From the NCBI GenBank assembly GCA_963662625.1, contig OY759726.1, forward strand, positions 1,152,001 to 1,216,000: a DNA stretch of 64,000 nt, read 5' to 3'. This DNA is from Nitrosopumilus sp. Lineage in GTDB: Archaea > Thermoproteota > Nitrososphaeria > Nitrososphaerales > Nitrosopumilaceae. Numbering within the stretch: position 1 is the stretch's first letter; each line of letters begins with the position of its first letter. A model generated the notes under the pieces. That model was given only the letters and a program-made list of their open reading frames with translations, was not told the origin of the DNA and made no database searches. Both the position numbers and the translations under genes were made by a program. Shown here piece after piece: positions 46,651-56,959 of this stretch.

Positions 46651-48408
46651 ATGTGTTCAATCATAGGCTATTCCGGAAAAAACACCGCGGCGCCAATTCT
46701 GGTCAAGGGACTAAAGCGGATGGAATACCGCGGGTATGACAGCGTGGGGGTGGCCACGGAGTCAGGCAACCGGATCGAACTGAAAAAGGGGACGGGCAAG
46801 GTACACGAGGTCAACGCCAGGCTCAAGCTAACGGTACTGCCGGGCAAGGTGGGGATAGGCCACACGCGGTGGGCAACACACGGAAGCATAACGGACTCCA
46901 ACGCGCACCCGCACCAGAGCAATTCCGGACGGATCGCAATAGTCCACAACGGGATAGTAGAGAATTTTGAAGAGCTGAGGGCCGGATTGAAAGACAGTGG
47001 GTACCGGTTCAAGAGCGACACGGACAGCGAGGTCATCGCCAACCTCTTGCAAAAAAACCACGAGGAATGCGGTGACGTCAAGCAGGCGATGCTCAAGACC
47101 GTGTCGGAGCTAAAGGGCCACTACTCGTTCGTGGCCATGTTCGAAGGCGGCCAGCTGGCCGCGGCGAGGTTCCACGAGCCGCTCATAATAGGGCTGGGCC
47201 GGGGGGGCTACTTCCTGTCAAGCGACGTGCTCGGGTTCATCGAGCAGACGGACGACGCGATTTACATCGACAGCATGAACCTGGCGATCGTGGACGGGGG
47301 GAGGCTGGAGATCGTCGACTTTGACGGCAACGAGGTGGCCCATGACGCCACCAAGGTCTCAAAGGAATTCGCCGACGCGTACAAGGGGGAATACGCGCAC
47401 TTTACCCTGAAGGAGATCTCCGAGCAGCCCGAAATCATCCTGAGGGCCAGCGAGGACGCTGACGCGAGCCTCAAAAAGGCAGCCGCCCTGATCAAAAGCT
47501 CCGGCAACGTCTTCATCACGGGCAGTGGCACCAGTTACAACGCCGCGCTGATCGGAAGGCAGCTGTTCTCAAAGTATGCCAAGATCAAGGCCGAGCCCGT
47601 GATTTCGAGCGAGCTGCCGTTCCTGTCGGAAGTGATAGAGCCCCGCTCCGCCCTGATTGCCATCTCGCAGAGCGGCGAAAGCGCGGACGTCCTTGAGGCG
47701 GTAAGCATCGCAAAAAAAGCCGACTGCACGATAATCTCCATAGTGAACCACCTCACGTCGTCCCTCGCCAGGGAGTCGGACGTGGTGGTGGGGATGAACT
47801 GCGGGCCGGAGATAGGGGTAGCCGCGACGAAGAGCTTCACGGCGCAGATAGCAATCCTATACAAGTTCCTGCAGGAAATGACCAGCGGGCTCGGGATAGA
47901 CTTTGCGGAAATCTCGGGGGCGGTCTCGGAGATACTGGAGGACCAGTCCGTGATCAAGGAGATCGCAGGCAGCATCAAGGAGATCACCGACATCTACGTG
48001 CTGGGACGGGGGATCCACTACCCAATCGCGATGGAGTCGGCCCTGAAGCTAAAGGAGCTGACGTACATCCACGCCGAAGGCATCGCAGGCGGGGAACTGA
48101 AGCACGGCCCGCTCGCGCTGATGGATCCCGACGTGTTTGTAGTATTCATCAACCCCGACGACTCGACATACGCCGACACGATAATAAGCGCGCGGGAGAT
48201 AAAGGCCAGGGGCGCGAAGGTCATCGGGATATCGGACGTAGAGAGCGACGTATACGACTACTGGATCCGGATTCCCAAGACGGGGAACCTGGCATACGTG
48301 ATCACCGAGATAGTGCCAGTCCAGCTGCTGTCGTACTACGCCGCGCTGAAAAAAGACACGGATCCCGACTACCCGAGGAACCTGGCAAAGTCAGTCACCG
48401 TCAAATGA
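46651..48408 (+). CDS. glmS: Glutamine-fructose-6-phosphate aminotransferase
   Basis: MCSIIG, EYRGYDS, GHTRWATHG, SQSGES, ELKHGP and PRNLAKSVTV. Confidence 0.96.
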   Translation: MCSIIGYSGKNTAAPILVKGLKRMEYRGYDSVGVATESGNRIELKKGTGKVHEVNARLKLTVLPGKVGIGHTRWATHGSITDSNAHPHQSNSGRIAIVHNGIVENFEELRAGLKDSGYRFKSDTDSEVIANLLQKNHEECGDVKQAMLKTVSELKGHYSFVAMFEGGQLAAARFHEPLIIGLGRGGYFLSSDVLGFIEQTDDAIYIDSMNLAIVDGGRLEIVDFDGNEVAHDATKVSKEFADAYKGEYAHFTLKEISEQPEIILRASEDADASLKKAAALIKSSGNVFITGSGTSYNAALIGRQLFSKYAKIKAEPVISSELPFLSEVIEPRSALIAISQSGESADVLEAVSIAKKADCTIISIVNHLTSSLARESDVVVGMNCGPEIGVAATKSFTAQIAILYKFLQEMTSGLGIDFAEISGAVSEILEDQSVIKEIAGSIKEITDIYVLGRGIHYPIAMESALKLKELTYIHAEGIAGGELKHGPLALMDPDVFVVFINPDDSTYADTIISAREIKARGAKVIGISDVESDVYDYWIRIPKTGNLAYVITEIVPVQLLSYYAALKKDTDPDYPRNLAKSVTVK

Positions 48409-49468
48409 AGACCCTGCCGTATTCCTTCTGCGCCAGCTCCAAAAAGCACGCCGACGTGCTCCCGGTCTTGGCCATGGACGAGATGATCGTGCCGCCCGCC
48501 CCGGCGCCCTCCTTGACGTGCCCCTCGGAGAACGCCCTCAGTCCGGGAAACCTGGAGTCTTCCAGGCCGGGGTCCACCGCGATTGCCGGGATGTCGGCGA
48601 TCTCCGACACCATGCCCCTGATGTCGGCGCTCCGGTCGTCTAGTATGTACGATGTGGTGCCGAGCACGGTGTTTGACTCGTCAAATCCCACCTTCGACGC
48701 GAATGCCAGGACGGCGGCCATCTGGGTCCCGCCCGCCAGCATGACCTTGGACGCCGTGGACGCCGCGCTGAGCATGCCTGCGACGAACGCTATCATCGGG
48801 TCACCCACGTTCGCTACCACCTCGTAGGGGTTCGCGGCAGGCGACCTCTCCAGCGCCTCTTCGGCCACCCTGTTTTTCAGGGCCACGGGGTTGTCGGCCA
48901 TGCTGGAACTGACCCTCGCGTTGAACCCGAGCCCCCGCAACACAGCCAGGGCGGTGGTGGTCCCCCCCGGGATGCTCTCCCCTATCACCAGGCAGTCGGT
49001 CATGGATGCCAGCGTGCGGCCGACGATCCTGCCATAGTCTATCGCGTGGGACACCTCAGAGCCGGACATCGCGGCCTCCGCGGAGATGTTCTTCCCGCAG
49101 GCCAGCCCGGTGCTCACGTACGGCAGCTTCGGGGCAACCATGCTGCCCGCGTCGATCGCGACGTGGGGGATGCTCGATGACTCCAGGGCGGTCTTCGTCA
49201 GCAGGGCCGGCGTGGGCTTTCCGTCGGGGGTCACCGGGATCCCCCTGATGGTCTTGCAGCTGCCGTAGTAGAGGTACTCTGCGTCGGCAGCAGGAGTGAA
49301 CTTCATCGACTCCCGGTCCGCCCCGGCAAGAGTTATCCCGGGAATCTCGCAGGTCTCCGTGTAGGACATGACAAACGAGAACAGGAATCTCCCCTTCCTG
49401 GATCCCTCGACAAACTCCGAGGCCTTCTCCGAATCCCCAAAAAACGTGAAGTCGCCAAGACGGTCCAT
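48401..49468 (-). CDS. cobT: Archaeal nicotinate-nucleotide:dimethylbenzimidazole phosphoribosyltransferase
   Basis: TPAADAE, GESIPGGTTTA, LAGGTQM and VKEGAGAGG. Confidence 0.85.
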   Translation of the reverse strand: MDRLGDFTFFGDSEKASEFVEGSRKGRFLFSFVMSYTETCEIPGITLAGADRESMKFTPAADAEYLYYGSCKTIRGIPVTPDGKPTPALLTKTALESSSIPHVAIDAGSMVAPKLPYVSTGLACGKNISAEAAMSGSEVSHAIDYGRIVGRTLASMTDCLVIGESIPGGTTTALAVLRGLGFNARVSSSMADNPVALKNRVAEEALERSPAANPYEVVANVGDPMIAFVAGMLSAASTASKVMLAGGTQMAAVLAFASKVGFDESNTVLGTTSYILDDRSADIRGMVSEIADIPAIAVDPGLEDSRFPGLRAFSEGHVKEGAGAGGTIISSMAKTGSTSACFLELAQKEYGRVFI

Positions 49469-49549
49469 CAGCCGTGTTTATGGGGGCCCGGGAGGTAAAA
49501 AACCTAGCCAATCACCGGATCGTTTCGGCCGGGTCCGCGGCCCGGCGCG

Positions 49550-50158
49550 TCACCCCAGGGCGCCGACAAACTCCTGCTCCGTGCGCCTCTGCAGTACTGG
49601 GTTTGACGCCTTCTCCTCGCCCATGGTGGAGGTTGCGGCGCGGCCGTAGTCGTGCCCGGGATAGAGCACGAGGCCGTCGTCAAGGGGGTACATGACGTCG
49701 AACAGGCTGTGGTACAGCTCCCTCGAGCTCCCGCCCGGGAGATCCACCCTGCCGCAGGTGCCCACGAACAGGGTGTCCCCGGAGAAGATCTTGCCGTCGC
49801 CCACCAGGCACATGCTGTCCTTGGAGTGGCCGGGGGTGTGCAGCACCTTCAGCCTCGAGTCCCCGAACTCGATCACGTCGCCGTCCCTGACCGAGATGTC
49901 GCGCTCCAGCTCCGAGGCCTCGTGCTGGATGATCTTCGCGCCCGTGGAAGCCGCCATCCCATCGTTTCCGAGCGTGTGGTCGAAATGGTGGTGCGTGTTG
50001 ACGACGTATTTCACCTTCAGGCCGTTGCGCATTATGACCCGCTCGATCTCGGGCAGGTCCCAGGACGGGTCTATGACTACCGCCTGGCCGGTACCCTCGT
50101 CTGCGACGACGTAGGTAAAGTTCTGCATGCCCCCGACCCGGACCTGATGCACCCTCAT
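49550..50158 (-). CDS. Metallo-beta-lactamase-fold hydrolase (glyoxalase II-like)
   Basis: THHHFDH, HTPGHS, SGDTLF and YPGHDY. Confidence 0.9.
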   Translation of the reverse strand: MRVHQVRVGGMQNFTYVVADEGTGQAVVIDPSWDLPEIERVIMRNGLKVKYVVNTHHHFDHTLGNDGMAASTGAKIIQHEASELERDISVRDGDVIEFGDSRLKVLHTPGHSKDSMCLVGDGKIFSGDTLFVGTCGRVDLPGGSSRELYHSLFDVMYPLDDGLVLYPGHDYGRAATSTMGEEKASNPVLQRRTEQEFVGALG

Positions 50159-50802
50159 AGCACTCCCTCTTCCGCCTCGGGCGGGATGCCGATTTTTTCC
50201 ACCAGCAGCTCGCCCGTCAGGTCCCTCCTCCTCGGAATCCCGCGCTTCATCTTGTGGAACGTCACCGTCATGTCGGCCTTGACAAACACGTTTGCCGTCT
50301 CCCCCGTCTGCGGATCCAGGCCGGAAGGCACGTCTACTGCAAGCTTGAAACAACCCGCCTGGTTGACGTACCCTATCGCGGAGGCGTAGGGCTCCCTGAT
50401 CTCCCCCGCGATCCCGGTACCCAGCATGCCGTCCACGATCGCGTCAGGCCGGAGGTCGGCGCCGGGGGCCCCGCCGGGCACCAGCCTTACCGACGGCATC
50501 TTCTGCAGGATCGACCAGTTCCACCGGCTCTCCTCCGTCTTGATGTCCCCGGGCTGGCCCATGAGCACCACCGTGACCGCCGCGCCGTAGCCGGCCAGGT
50601 GGCGCGCCATCACCAGGCCGTCGCCCCCGTTGTTTCCCATCCCGGCAAAGACGAGGATGCTCTTGGAGCGGGGGTCGCCGAACCTCTCGACCATCCTCCC
50701 CACGGAGGCGGCGCCGGCGTTCTCCATCATGAACTTCTTCAGGAACCCCATGCGGTGCCCCCTGTCCTCGATCTGGTACATCTGGTCCACAGTGATCTCC
50801 AT
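50155..50802 (-). CDS. nnrE: NAD(P)H-hydrate epimerase (YjeF N-terminal domain)
   Basis: MMENAG, GNNGGDG, DGMLGTG and AVDVPSG. Confidence 0.9.
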   Translation of the reverse strand: MEITVDQMYQIEDRGHRMGFLKKFMMENAGAASVGRMVERFGDPRSKSILVFAGMGNNGGDGLVMARHLAGYGAAVTVVLMGQPGDIKTEESRWNWSILQKMPSVRLVPGGAPGADLRPDAIVDGMLGTGIAGEIREPYASAIGYVNQAGCFKLAVDVPSGLDPQTGETANVFVKADMTVTFHKMKRGIPRRRDLTGELLVEKIGIPPEAEEGVL

Positions 50803-50901
50803 GGGCTGGGATGGGACGGCGCGAGATAATAATTTATTGAAACACGCCGCGGCCGGCCCGCGCTGCAAACGGCTTTATCCTAGTTGGGCGCGCCACTAGG
50901 C

Positions 50902-51516
50902 ATGACCATGAAAGCCGCAAGGTCGTCCCTAGACAGGATTTCAAGATCGCTGTCAAAAACCCAGGACGACAGGGAGTTCCTGCTGAGGAACACGCGGGAG
51001 ATAATCGCCGCGTGCGGCAGGTCGATAATCTCGACGCACAGGGGCGACTCCAAGTCCGCAAAGGCGAGCCTCGGGCGCGCCGGCGCGCTGCTGGAGAAAT
51101 ACAGGGCAAAGGCGGCCGGGGACCTGAAGCGGTACATGATCACCCCGGAGCAGGAATACGTCGAGGCGGCGTGCCTGATCTCGATCGCGGAAAAAAAACC
51201 GATCCCGTCGGACAAGAAGCTGAACGTGATGCCGGAGGCGTACGTCCTCGGCCTGCTGGACTGCGTGGGCGAGATGAAGCGGATGGTCTTCGACCAGATC
51301 AGGGCGGGGGACGTCGGGGAGGCCTCCAGGGTCTTTGACGTCATGGAAAACCTGTACCTTGCCCTGTACCCGTTCGCGGCGTATGACAAGGTGCTCAAGG
51401 ACGCCAGGAGGAAGACCGACGTTGATCGGATCCTCGTCGACGACGCGAGGGGGGCGATCACGGAGGAGGCCAGGCGCTCCGAGCTGATCAGGGCCATGGG
51501 CGGGATCGGCGGGTAG
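50902..51516 (+). CDS. Translin/Trax family protein
   Basis: QEYVEA and YVLGLLDCVGEMKR. Confidence 0.85.
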   Translation: MTMKAARSSLDRISRSLSKTQDDREFLLRNTREIIAACGRSIISTHRGDSKSAKASLGRAGALLEKYRAKAAGDLKRYMITPEQEYVEAACLISIAEKKPIPSDKKLNVMPEAYVLGLLDCVGEMKRMVFDQIRAGDVGEASRVFDVMENLYLALYPFAAYDKVLKDARRKTDVDRILVDDARGAITEEARRSELIRAMGGIGG

Positions 51517-51530
51517 CAGGTGTGGGTGTG

Positions 51531-51615
51531 TGCGGGCGATGGGATTTGAACCCACGAACTCCTGAGAGACTAGCCCCTCAAGCTAGCGCCTTTGGCCAGG
51601 CTGGGCAACGCCCGC
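51531..51615 (-). tRNA. tRNA-Leu(GAG)
   Basis: Reverse complement GCGGGCG...CGCCCGCA; anticodon loop TTGAGGG; long variable arm. Confidence 0.93.
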
Positions 51616-51667
51616 AACTAGTGTGCCTTGCATGGTTTTTATAATCCTTGGTCGCCCCTTCGTTCGT

Positions 51668-51904
51668 ATGCTGATTCCGGTAAGATGTTTCACCTGCGGG
51701 AACCTGATAGCGGACAAGCATGAGGACTATCAAAGCAGGGTAAAGGCGGGCGAGGATCCCGCCGCGGTGCTGGATTCCCTGCAGATCAGCAGGTATTGCT
51801 GCCGCAGGATGCTGCTGTCTACCGTGGAGACCATCCAGCAGGTCATCCCGTTCTACGAGGCGATACACAGGAGACGGCAGGAAGTCCTGTCTGAGCTAGA
51901 ATAG
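51668..51904 (+). CDS. rpoN: RNA polymerase subunit N (Rpo10)
   Basis: [11 protein letters not shown] and RYCCRRM. Confidence 0.95.
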   Translation: MLIPVRCFTCGNLIADKHEDYQSRVKAGEDPAAVLDSLQISRYCCRRMLLSTVETIQQVIPFYEAIHRRRQEVLSELE

Positions 51905-51905
51905 A

Positions 51906-53144
51906 TTGCCAAGGATAACCTCCGTCGACGGGCGCATTTTATACAACAGCAGGGGGGGCAGGACCGTCGAGGTTGACGTGACCGCCGACGGCGCCCACCT
52001 GGGCAGGGTCTGCGCGCCTTCGGGCGCCAGCGTGGGCAGGCACGAGGCGGTGAGTTTTCCCAACGGCAGGCCGGAAGACGGGCTGAGGATCCTGAGGGAA
52101 AACTCGCAGAGGTTCGTGGGGCTGGAACCGTCCGACCTAAAGTCCGTCCACGACGCCCTGCGGTGCATCGACCAGACCCCCGACTATTCGAAGATCGGCG
52201 GGGCGCTGGCGTTCGCGGTGACGATCGCGTCGATGGAGTCGGCCTCCAGGGAGTCCGGCCGGCCGCTGTTCCAGATGCTGTCGCCGGAGGCGCGTTTCAG
52301 GTTCCCCTTCCCGCTGGGGAACATCCTGGGCGGGGGGGCCCACGCGGGGCCGGGCACCCCGGACATACAGGAGATACTGGTATGCGCGACGGGAGCCGGG
52401 ACGGTCGTGGAGGCGATCGAGACGAACCTGTCGGTGCACGGGGAGCTCCGGCGGGTACTGGAGAGGGAAGACCCGGGGTTTACTAACGGCAGGGGGGACG
52501 AGGGCGGCTGGGCGCCGAAGCTGGACAACGAGAGGGCCCTGGAACTGTCTGCCAAGGCGTGCGAGAACCTGGGCTTCACGCTGGGAAAGGAGGTGTCCCT
52601 CGGCGTGGACTTTGCGTCGTCGACGCAGTGGAACGAGGCCAGGCAGACCTACGAGTACCGCAGGGCCGGCTTTGAGAACTCGCCGGCAGAGCAGATCGAG
52701 TTCGCCTCCAGGCTTATCCGCGACTACAAGCTGGCCTACGCGGAGGACGCCGTCCACGAGGAGGCGTTCGAGGACATGGCCGAGCTGACCTCGAGGTTCC
52801 CTGACACGCTGGTCACGGGCGACGACCTCACGGTGACGAACACGGGAATACTGAAGAAGGCGATCGGGTCAAAGTCGTGCAACGCCGCGATCCTGAAGGT
52901 AAACCAGGCGGGGAGCCTGTACGACGCGCTGGAGTTCGCGGGCGAGGCAAACTCCCACGGCATCGGGCTCGTCACGTCGCACAGGTCAGGCGAGTCTACC
53001 GACTCCCACATCTCCCACATCGGCCTGGCCACCGGCTCTAAGATGCTCAAGGTGGGCATAGTGGGGGGGGAGCGGGTGGCAAAGATAAACGAGCTGGTGC
53101 GCCTCTCAGAGCATGATTTAATATGCGGTATGGCAGAGGTTTAG
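51906..53144 (+). CDS. eno: Enolase
   Basis: NSRG, APSGAS, GDEGG, GDDL, LKVNQAG and SHRSGE. Confidence 0.95.
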   Translation: MPRITSVDGRILYNSRGGRTVEVDVTADGAHLGRVCAPSGASVGRHEAVSFPNGRPEDGLRILRENSQRFVGLEPSDLKSVHDALRCIDQTPDYSKIGGALAFAVTIASMESASRESGRPLFQMLSPEARFRFPFPLGNILGGGAHAGPGTPDIQEILVCATGAGTVVEAIETNLSVHGELRRVLEREDPGFTNGRGDEGGWAPKLDNERALELSAKACENLGFTLGKEVSLGVDFASSTQWNEARQTYEYRRAGFENSPAEQIEFASRLIRDYKLAYAEDAVHEEAFEDMAELTSRFPDTLVTGDDLTVTNTGILKKAIGSKSCNAAILKVNQAGSLYDALEFAGEANSHGIGLVTSHRSGESTDSHISHIGLATGSKMLKVGIVGGERVAKINELVRLSEHDLICGMAEV

Positions 53145-53151
53145 AATCGCC

Positions 53152-53775
53152 ATGAGTCAGCAGGCAGAAACGACCGACATCAAAAAAAGGGTGCTCTCCA
53201 CCGGCATCAGGGTGGGGACGCAGGTCAAGACCAAGTTCATGAGGCAGTTCATAACAAAGGCCAGCCCGGAGGGGCTGTACATGCTCGACCTGGACATCAC
53301 CATGGAGAGGATCAAGACCGCCGCCAGGTTCATCAACCGCCTCGGGCCGGAAAGGCTGATCATCTGCTCGGGCAGGCAGTACGCGAACACCCCCATCGAG
53401 AAGTTCTGCGAAATGCTGGGCTCCACAAAGTCGCTGGGCAGGTTCATGCCCGGCACCCTGACAAACCCCTCGCTGCCGTACTACAAGGAACCGAAGCTGG
53501 TGCTGATCTCCGACCCGCAGATCGACGGGCAGTCGATCACGGAGGCGACGAACGCGGGCATACCTGTCATCGGGATTGCAAACACCGACAACATAACGTC
53601 AAAACTCGACGTGATAATCCCAGCAAACAACAGGGGCAGGAAGGCCCTTGCCACCATCTACTGGCTCCTCGCACGCCAGATCCTCATCGAGAGGGGGGAC
53701 CTGAAGGAAGACGAGCCGATGAAGTACGAGATAGACGACTTTGAGACCAAGATAACCGAAGAGGAACCCGAGTGA
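53152..53775 (+). CDS. rps2: 30S ribosomal protein S2
   Basis: GRFMPGTLTNP and IPANNRGRKAL. Confidence 0.95.
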   Translation: MSQQAETTDIKKRVLSTGIRVGTQVKTKFMRQFITKASPEGLYMLDLDITMERIKTAARFINRLGPERLIICSGRQYANTPIEKFCEMLGSTKSLGRFMPGTLTNPSLPYYKEPKLVLISDPQIDGQSITEATNAGIPVIGIANTDNITSKLDVIIPANNRGRKALATIYWLLARQILIERGDLKEDEPMKYEIDDFETKITEEEPE

Positions 53776-54605
53776 TGCGGGTTAGGACGCCGGCGGTGGC
53801 CGGGATGTTCTACCCGGGGGAAAGAGGCGAACTGGAGCGGTCCATCCGCGGGTGCTTCCTGCACAGGCTGGGGCCTGGCAGTGCCCCCGGGCCGCGCACC
53901 CGCAAGATTTTCGGCGCGGTATGCCCGCACGCGGGATACGCGTACTCCGGGCCGGTGGCAAGCCACGCCTTCCGCGCGATCTCCCCGGACGTCCCGGAGC
54001 TGTTCGTCATAGTGGGCCCCAACCACTGGGGGATCGGGCGCGACCTGGCAACCATGATGGACTGCGCGTGGAGGACGCCGCTGGGAGACGTCGAGGTGGA
54101 CTCGGAGGCGGCCGGGGAGATCTCCGAGTCGTCCGGCGTGGTGGACGTGGACTATTTTTCCCACGCGCGGGAGCACAGCATAGAGGTGCAGCTGCCCATG
54201 ATCCAGGACATGGCGCGCGACCCCAAGATCGTCCCCATATCGATGATCAGCCAGGACAGGGATTCTGCAAGCGCCGTGGGCCTGGCAATCGCGGGCGCGG
54301 CAGCGGCAAGGGATGCCGTGGTGATAGGATCGTCGGACTTTACGCATTATGAGCCAAACGACCTGGCGTACGAGCAGGACACGGCGCTGATCGATCCGAT
54401 CCTGAGGCTGGACGTCGGCGGGTTTTACCGCGTCCTGGGCGACAGGAAGGTCAGCGCCTGCGGCTACGGCGCGATCGCCTCCACCATGGTAGCGTGCAAG
54501 AAGCTCGGGGCGACCCGGGGGGATCTGCTGAAATACGCCACGAGCGGAGACGTCACGGGGGACATGAGTTCGGTAGTGGGATACGGGTCCATAGTGTTCA
54601 CTTGA
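53775..54605 (+). CDS. MEMO1 family protein
   Basis: PAVAGMFYP, PHAGYAYSG, EHSIEVQLP and SSDFTHY. Confidence 0.92.
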   Translation: MRVRTPAVAGMFYPGERGELERSIRGCFLHRLGPGSAPGPRTRKIFGAVCPHAGYAYSGPVASHAFRAISPDVPELFVIVGPNHWGIGRDLATMMDCAWRTPLGDVEVDSEAAGEISESSGVVDVDYFSHAREHSIEVQLPMIQDMARDPKIVPISMISQDRDSASAVGLAIAGAAAARDAVVIGSSDFTHYEPNDLAYEQDTALIDPILRLDVGGFYRVLGDRKVSACGYGAIASTMVACKKLGATRGDLLKYATSGDVTGDMSSVVGYGSIVFT

Positions 54606-55549
54606 GATCCAAGGCGTCGGCGCCCGGAAAGGTGATCCTGTTCGGGGAGCATTTCGTGGTGTACGGCGTCCAGGCGGTGCTGTGCGCGATAGACAGGCGG
54701 ATCACGGTCTCCGCCGAGACGACCCCCGGAGGCACGGTATCGATCAGGTCGGGCGTCGGCACGCTCTCGGCCGGCCCCGCGACGGGCTTGGGGGACGTGG
54801 ACCCGCCGCTGCGGCCCCTGTTTTACCTGGCAAGGAGGATCTCAGAGGAGCACGGCCACGGAGGGGGCGTTTCGCTGGACGTAGAGTCAGAGCTCCCGCC
54901 AGGGGCGGGCCTGGGATCGTCGTCGGCCGCCTGCGTGGCGGGCGCGGCGGCGGTATCGGGGCTGTTCGGGGAGCCCGACAGGGAGGAGGTGCTGGGGCTG
55001 GCAATCGAGGCGGAGAGGACCGCCTACCCTGCCTCTTCTGGCGCGGACTGCACGGTGTGCACGCACGGCGGGATCATGAGGTATTCCCGGGAGGGCGGGT
55101 TCTCGAGGGTGGTGCCGGCGCCGGGCTTCAGGCTGGTCGTCGCGAGCTCGGGCGCGGAACACTCCACGGCAGACATGGTGTCGGCCGTGAGGGGGTTCAG
55201 GGAGAGGAACGCGGAGCGGTTCTCGGAGATGTGCGGCGCCGAGGGCAGGCTGGTGGAGTCTGCGCTGCGCCTGATCGCGGAGAACGACCTGGCTGGGCTG
55301 GGAAGGTGCGTGACGGAGAACCAGGGGATGCTCGAGGAGATGGGCGTCTCAAGCGAGAGGCTGGGGGAGATGGTGGCAGTCGCAAACGAGACGTCGTTTG
55401 GCGGCAAGATAACCGGCGCCGGGGGAGGCGGGTGCATATTCGCGCTAAGCGACGAGGCAGGCGTGCGGGACGCCGTCAGGGGGTTCCGGGAAAGGGGGAT
55501 AGACTGCTTTCCCACGGGGATCGACTTTGACGGACTGAATACTTTTTAA
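54602..55549 (+). CDS. mvk: Mevalonate kinase
   Basis: APGKVILFGEHFVVYG, PGAGLGSSSA and KITGAGGGG. Confidence 0.93.
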   Translation: MRSKASAPGKVILFGEHFVVYGVQAVLCAIDRRITVSAETTPGGTVSIRSGVGTLSAGPATGLGDVDPPLRPLFYLARRISEEHGHGGGVSLDVESELPPGAGLGSSSAACVAGAAAVSGLFGEPDREEVLGLAIEAERTAYPASSGADCTVCTHGGIMRYSREGGFSRVVPAPGFRLVVASSGAEHSTADMVSAVRGFRERNAERFSEMCGAEGRLVESALRLIAENDLAGLGRCVTENQGMLEEMGVSSERLGEMVAVANETSFGGKITGAGGGGCIFALSDEAGVRDAVRGFRERGIDCFPTGIDFDGLNTF

Positions 55550-55572
55550 TTGACTCGGTATTTCTGGACAAC

Positions 55573-56325
55573 ATGATCCTGCTGAAACTGGGGGGCTCGG
55601 TCATCACAAACAAGGCCAGGCCCCTCTCGCCGAGGAGGAAGGCCGTGGACGGGCTGGCCTGGTGCCTGGGGAGGATCGGCGAGCCGGTGGTAGTGGTACA
55701 CGGAGGGGGCTCCTACGGGCACCACTGGTCCGTGAAATACGACATGCACACGAAGCCAAAGAAATACGCCGCGAGGGGGGTGGCAGTGGTGAAGACCTCC
55801 ATGGTGGAGCTCAACAGGATCGTCCTGAACGCCATGCTGAGGAACGGCCTGAACCCGTACTGCCTCCCGCCGACCGACTTCATGCACGGCGGAACGCCGG
55901 TGGAGGAAAAGATCAGGGAGATCGGGAGGATCGCCAGGTCCGGCCTGATCCCAGTGACGTTCGGGGACGCGCTGTGGCACGGCCGGAACAGGACGTACAT
56001 ACTGTCGGGGGACAGGATCATGACCCACCTGGCCGGGGTCCTGAAGCCGAGGCTGTGCGTCTTCGCGCTGAACGAGGACGGCCTGTACGACGATCTCGGC
56101 TCGAAGAGGCTGGTCCGGGAGTTCAGGGGAGGGGGGCACACGGCCCGGGAGAGCCCGGCGGACGTGACGGGGGGGATGGCGCGCAAGGTGGAGGAGGCCA
56201 CCCGGATCTCGGGGGGCGGCACCAAGGTGTTCTTCGCCAACGGGTTCAGGCCGGAAAGGATCGTGAATGCAGTTAAAAACAACAGGTTTGAGGGAACCTT
56301 GTTCAGGGGAATGAGGCATGGCTGA
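55573..56325 (+). CDS. ipk: Isopentenyl phosphate kinase
   Basis: KLGGSVIT, HGGGSYGH, SGD and DVTGGM. Confidence 0.9.
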   Translation: MILLKLGGSVITNKARPLSPRRKAVDGLAWCLGRIGEPVVVVHGGGSYGHHWSVKYDMHTKPKKYAARGVAVVKTSMVELNRIVLNAMLRNGLNPYCLPPTDFMHGGTPVEEKIREIGRIARSGLIPVTFGDALWHGRNRTYILSGDRIMTHLAGVLKPRLCVFALNEDGLYDDLGSKRLVREFRGGGHTARESPADVTGGMARKVEEATRISGGGTKVFFANGFRPERIVNAVKNNRFEGTLFRGMRHG

Positions 56326-56959
56326 GGAATACGTCATACTGGTCGACGAGGACGACAACCCCGTGGGGCTGGAGGAGAAGGTGAGGTGCCACCTGCCCGA
56401 CGGCAAGCTGCACCGGGCGTTCACCGCGCTGATCTTCGACGGGGACGGCAACCTGCTGCTGACCCGGAGGGCCAGAGAGAAGATGTTGTGGCCCGGGGAC
56501 TGGGACGGGACGGTGGCCAGCCACCCGAGGGAGTCCGAGACGTACGCCTCCTCGGCCGAAAGGAGGCTACCGGAGGAGCTGGGAATCTCGTGCCCCATGG
56601 ACTACCTGATGAAGTTCGAGTACCACGCGCCGTACGGGGACGTGGGCTCCGAAAACGAGATCTGCGGCACGCTGATTGGCGTGGTGGGGGACGGCACGCG
56701 GGTCATGCCCGTCCGGGGGGAGATAGACGAGACCCGGTGGGTCTCGGCCCCCACGCTGGCGCGGGAATTGGAGGCGGCCCCGCGGGACTACTGCCCGTGG
56801 ATGCTGATCGCGCTGGCCCTGCTCGGCAAGTCGGAGGGCGGGGCGCTGGAAAGGCACGAGGGCGTCCTGCGCCAATGGCTGGACAGCGTCGTGGCCGACG
56901 CGCTTCCCGGGGCGATACGCTCGCACCTGCCGGACGACCGGTGGAGGATCGCCCGATGA
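56318..56959 (+). CDS. idi: Type 1 (Nudix-fold) isopentenyl-diphosphate isomerase
   Basis: LHRAF, WDGTVASHP, RRLPEELG and ENEIC. Confidence 0.88.
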   Translation: MAEEYVILVDEDDNPVGLEEKVRCHLPDGKLHRAFTALIFDGDGNLLLTRRAREKMLWPGDWDGTVASHPRESETYASSAERRLPEELGISCPMDYLMKFEYHAPYGDVGSENEICGTLIGVVGDGTRVMPVRGEIDETRWVSAPTLARELEAAPRDYCPWMLIALALLGKSEGGALERHEGVLRQWLDSVVADALPGAIRSHLPDDRWRIAR

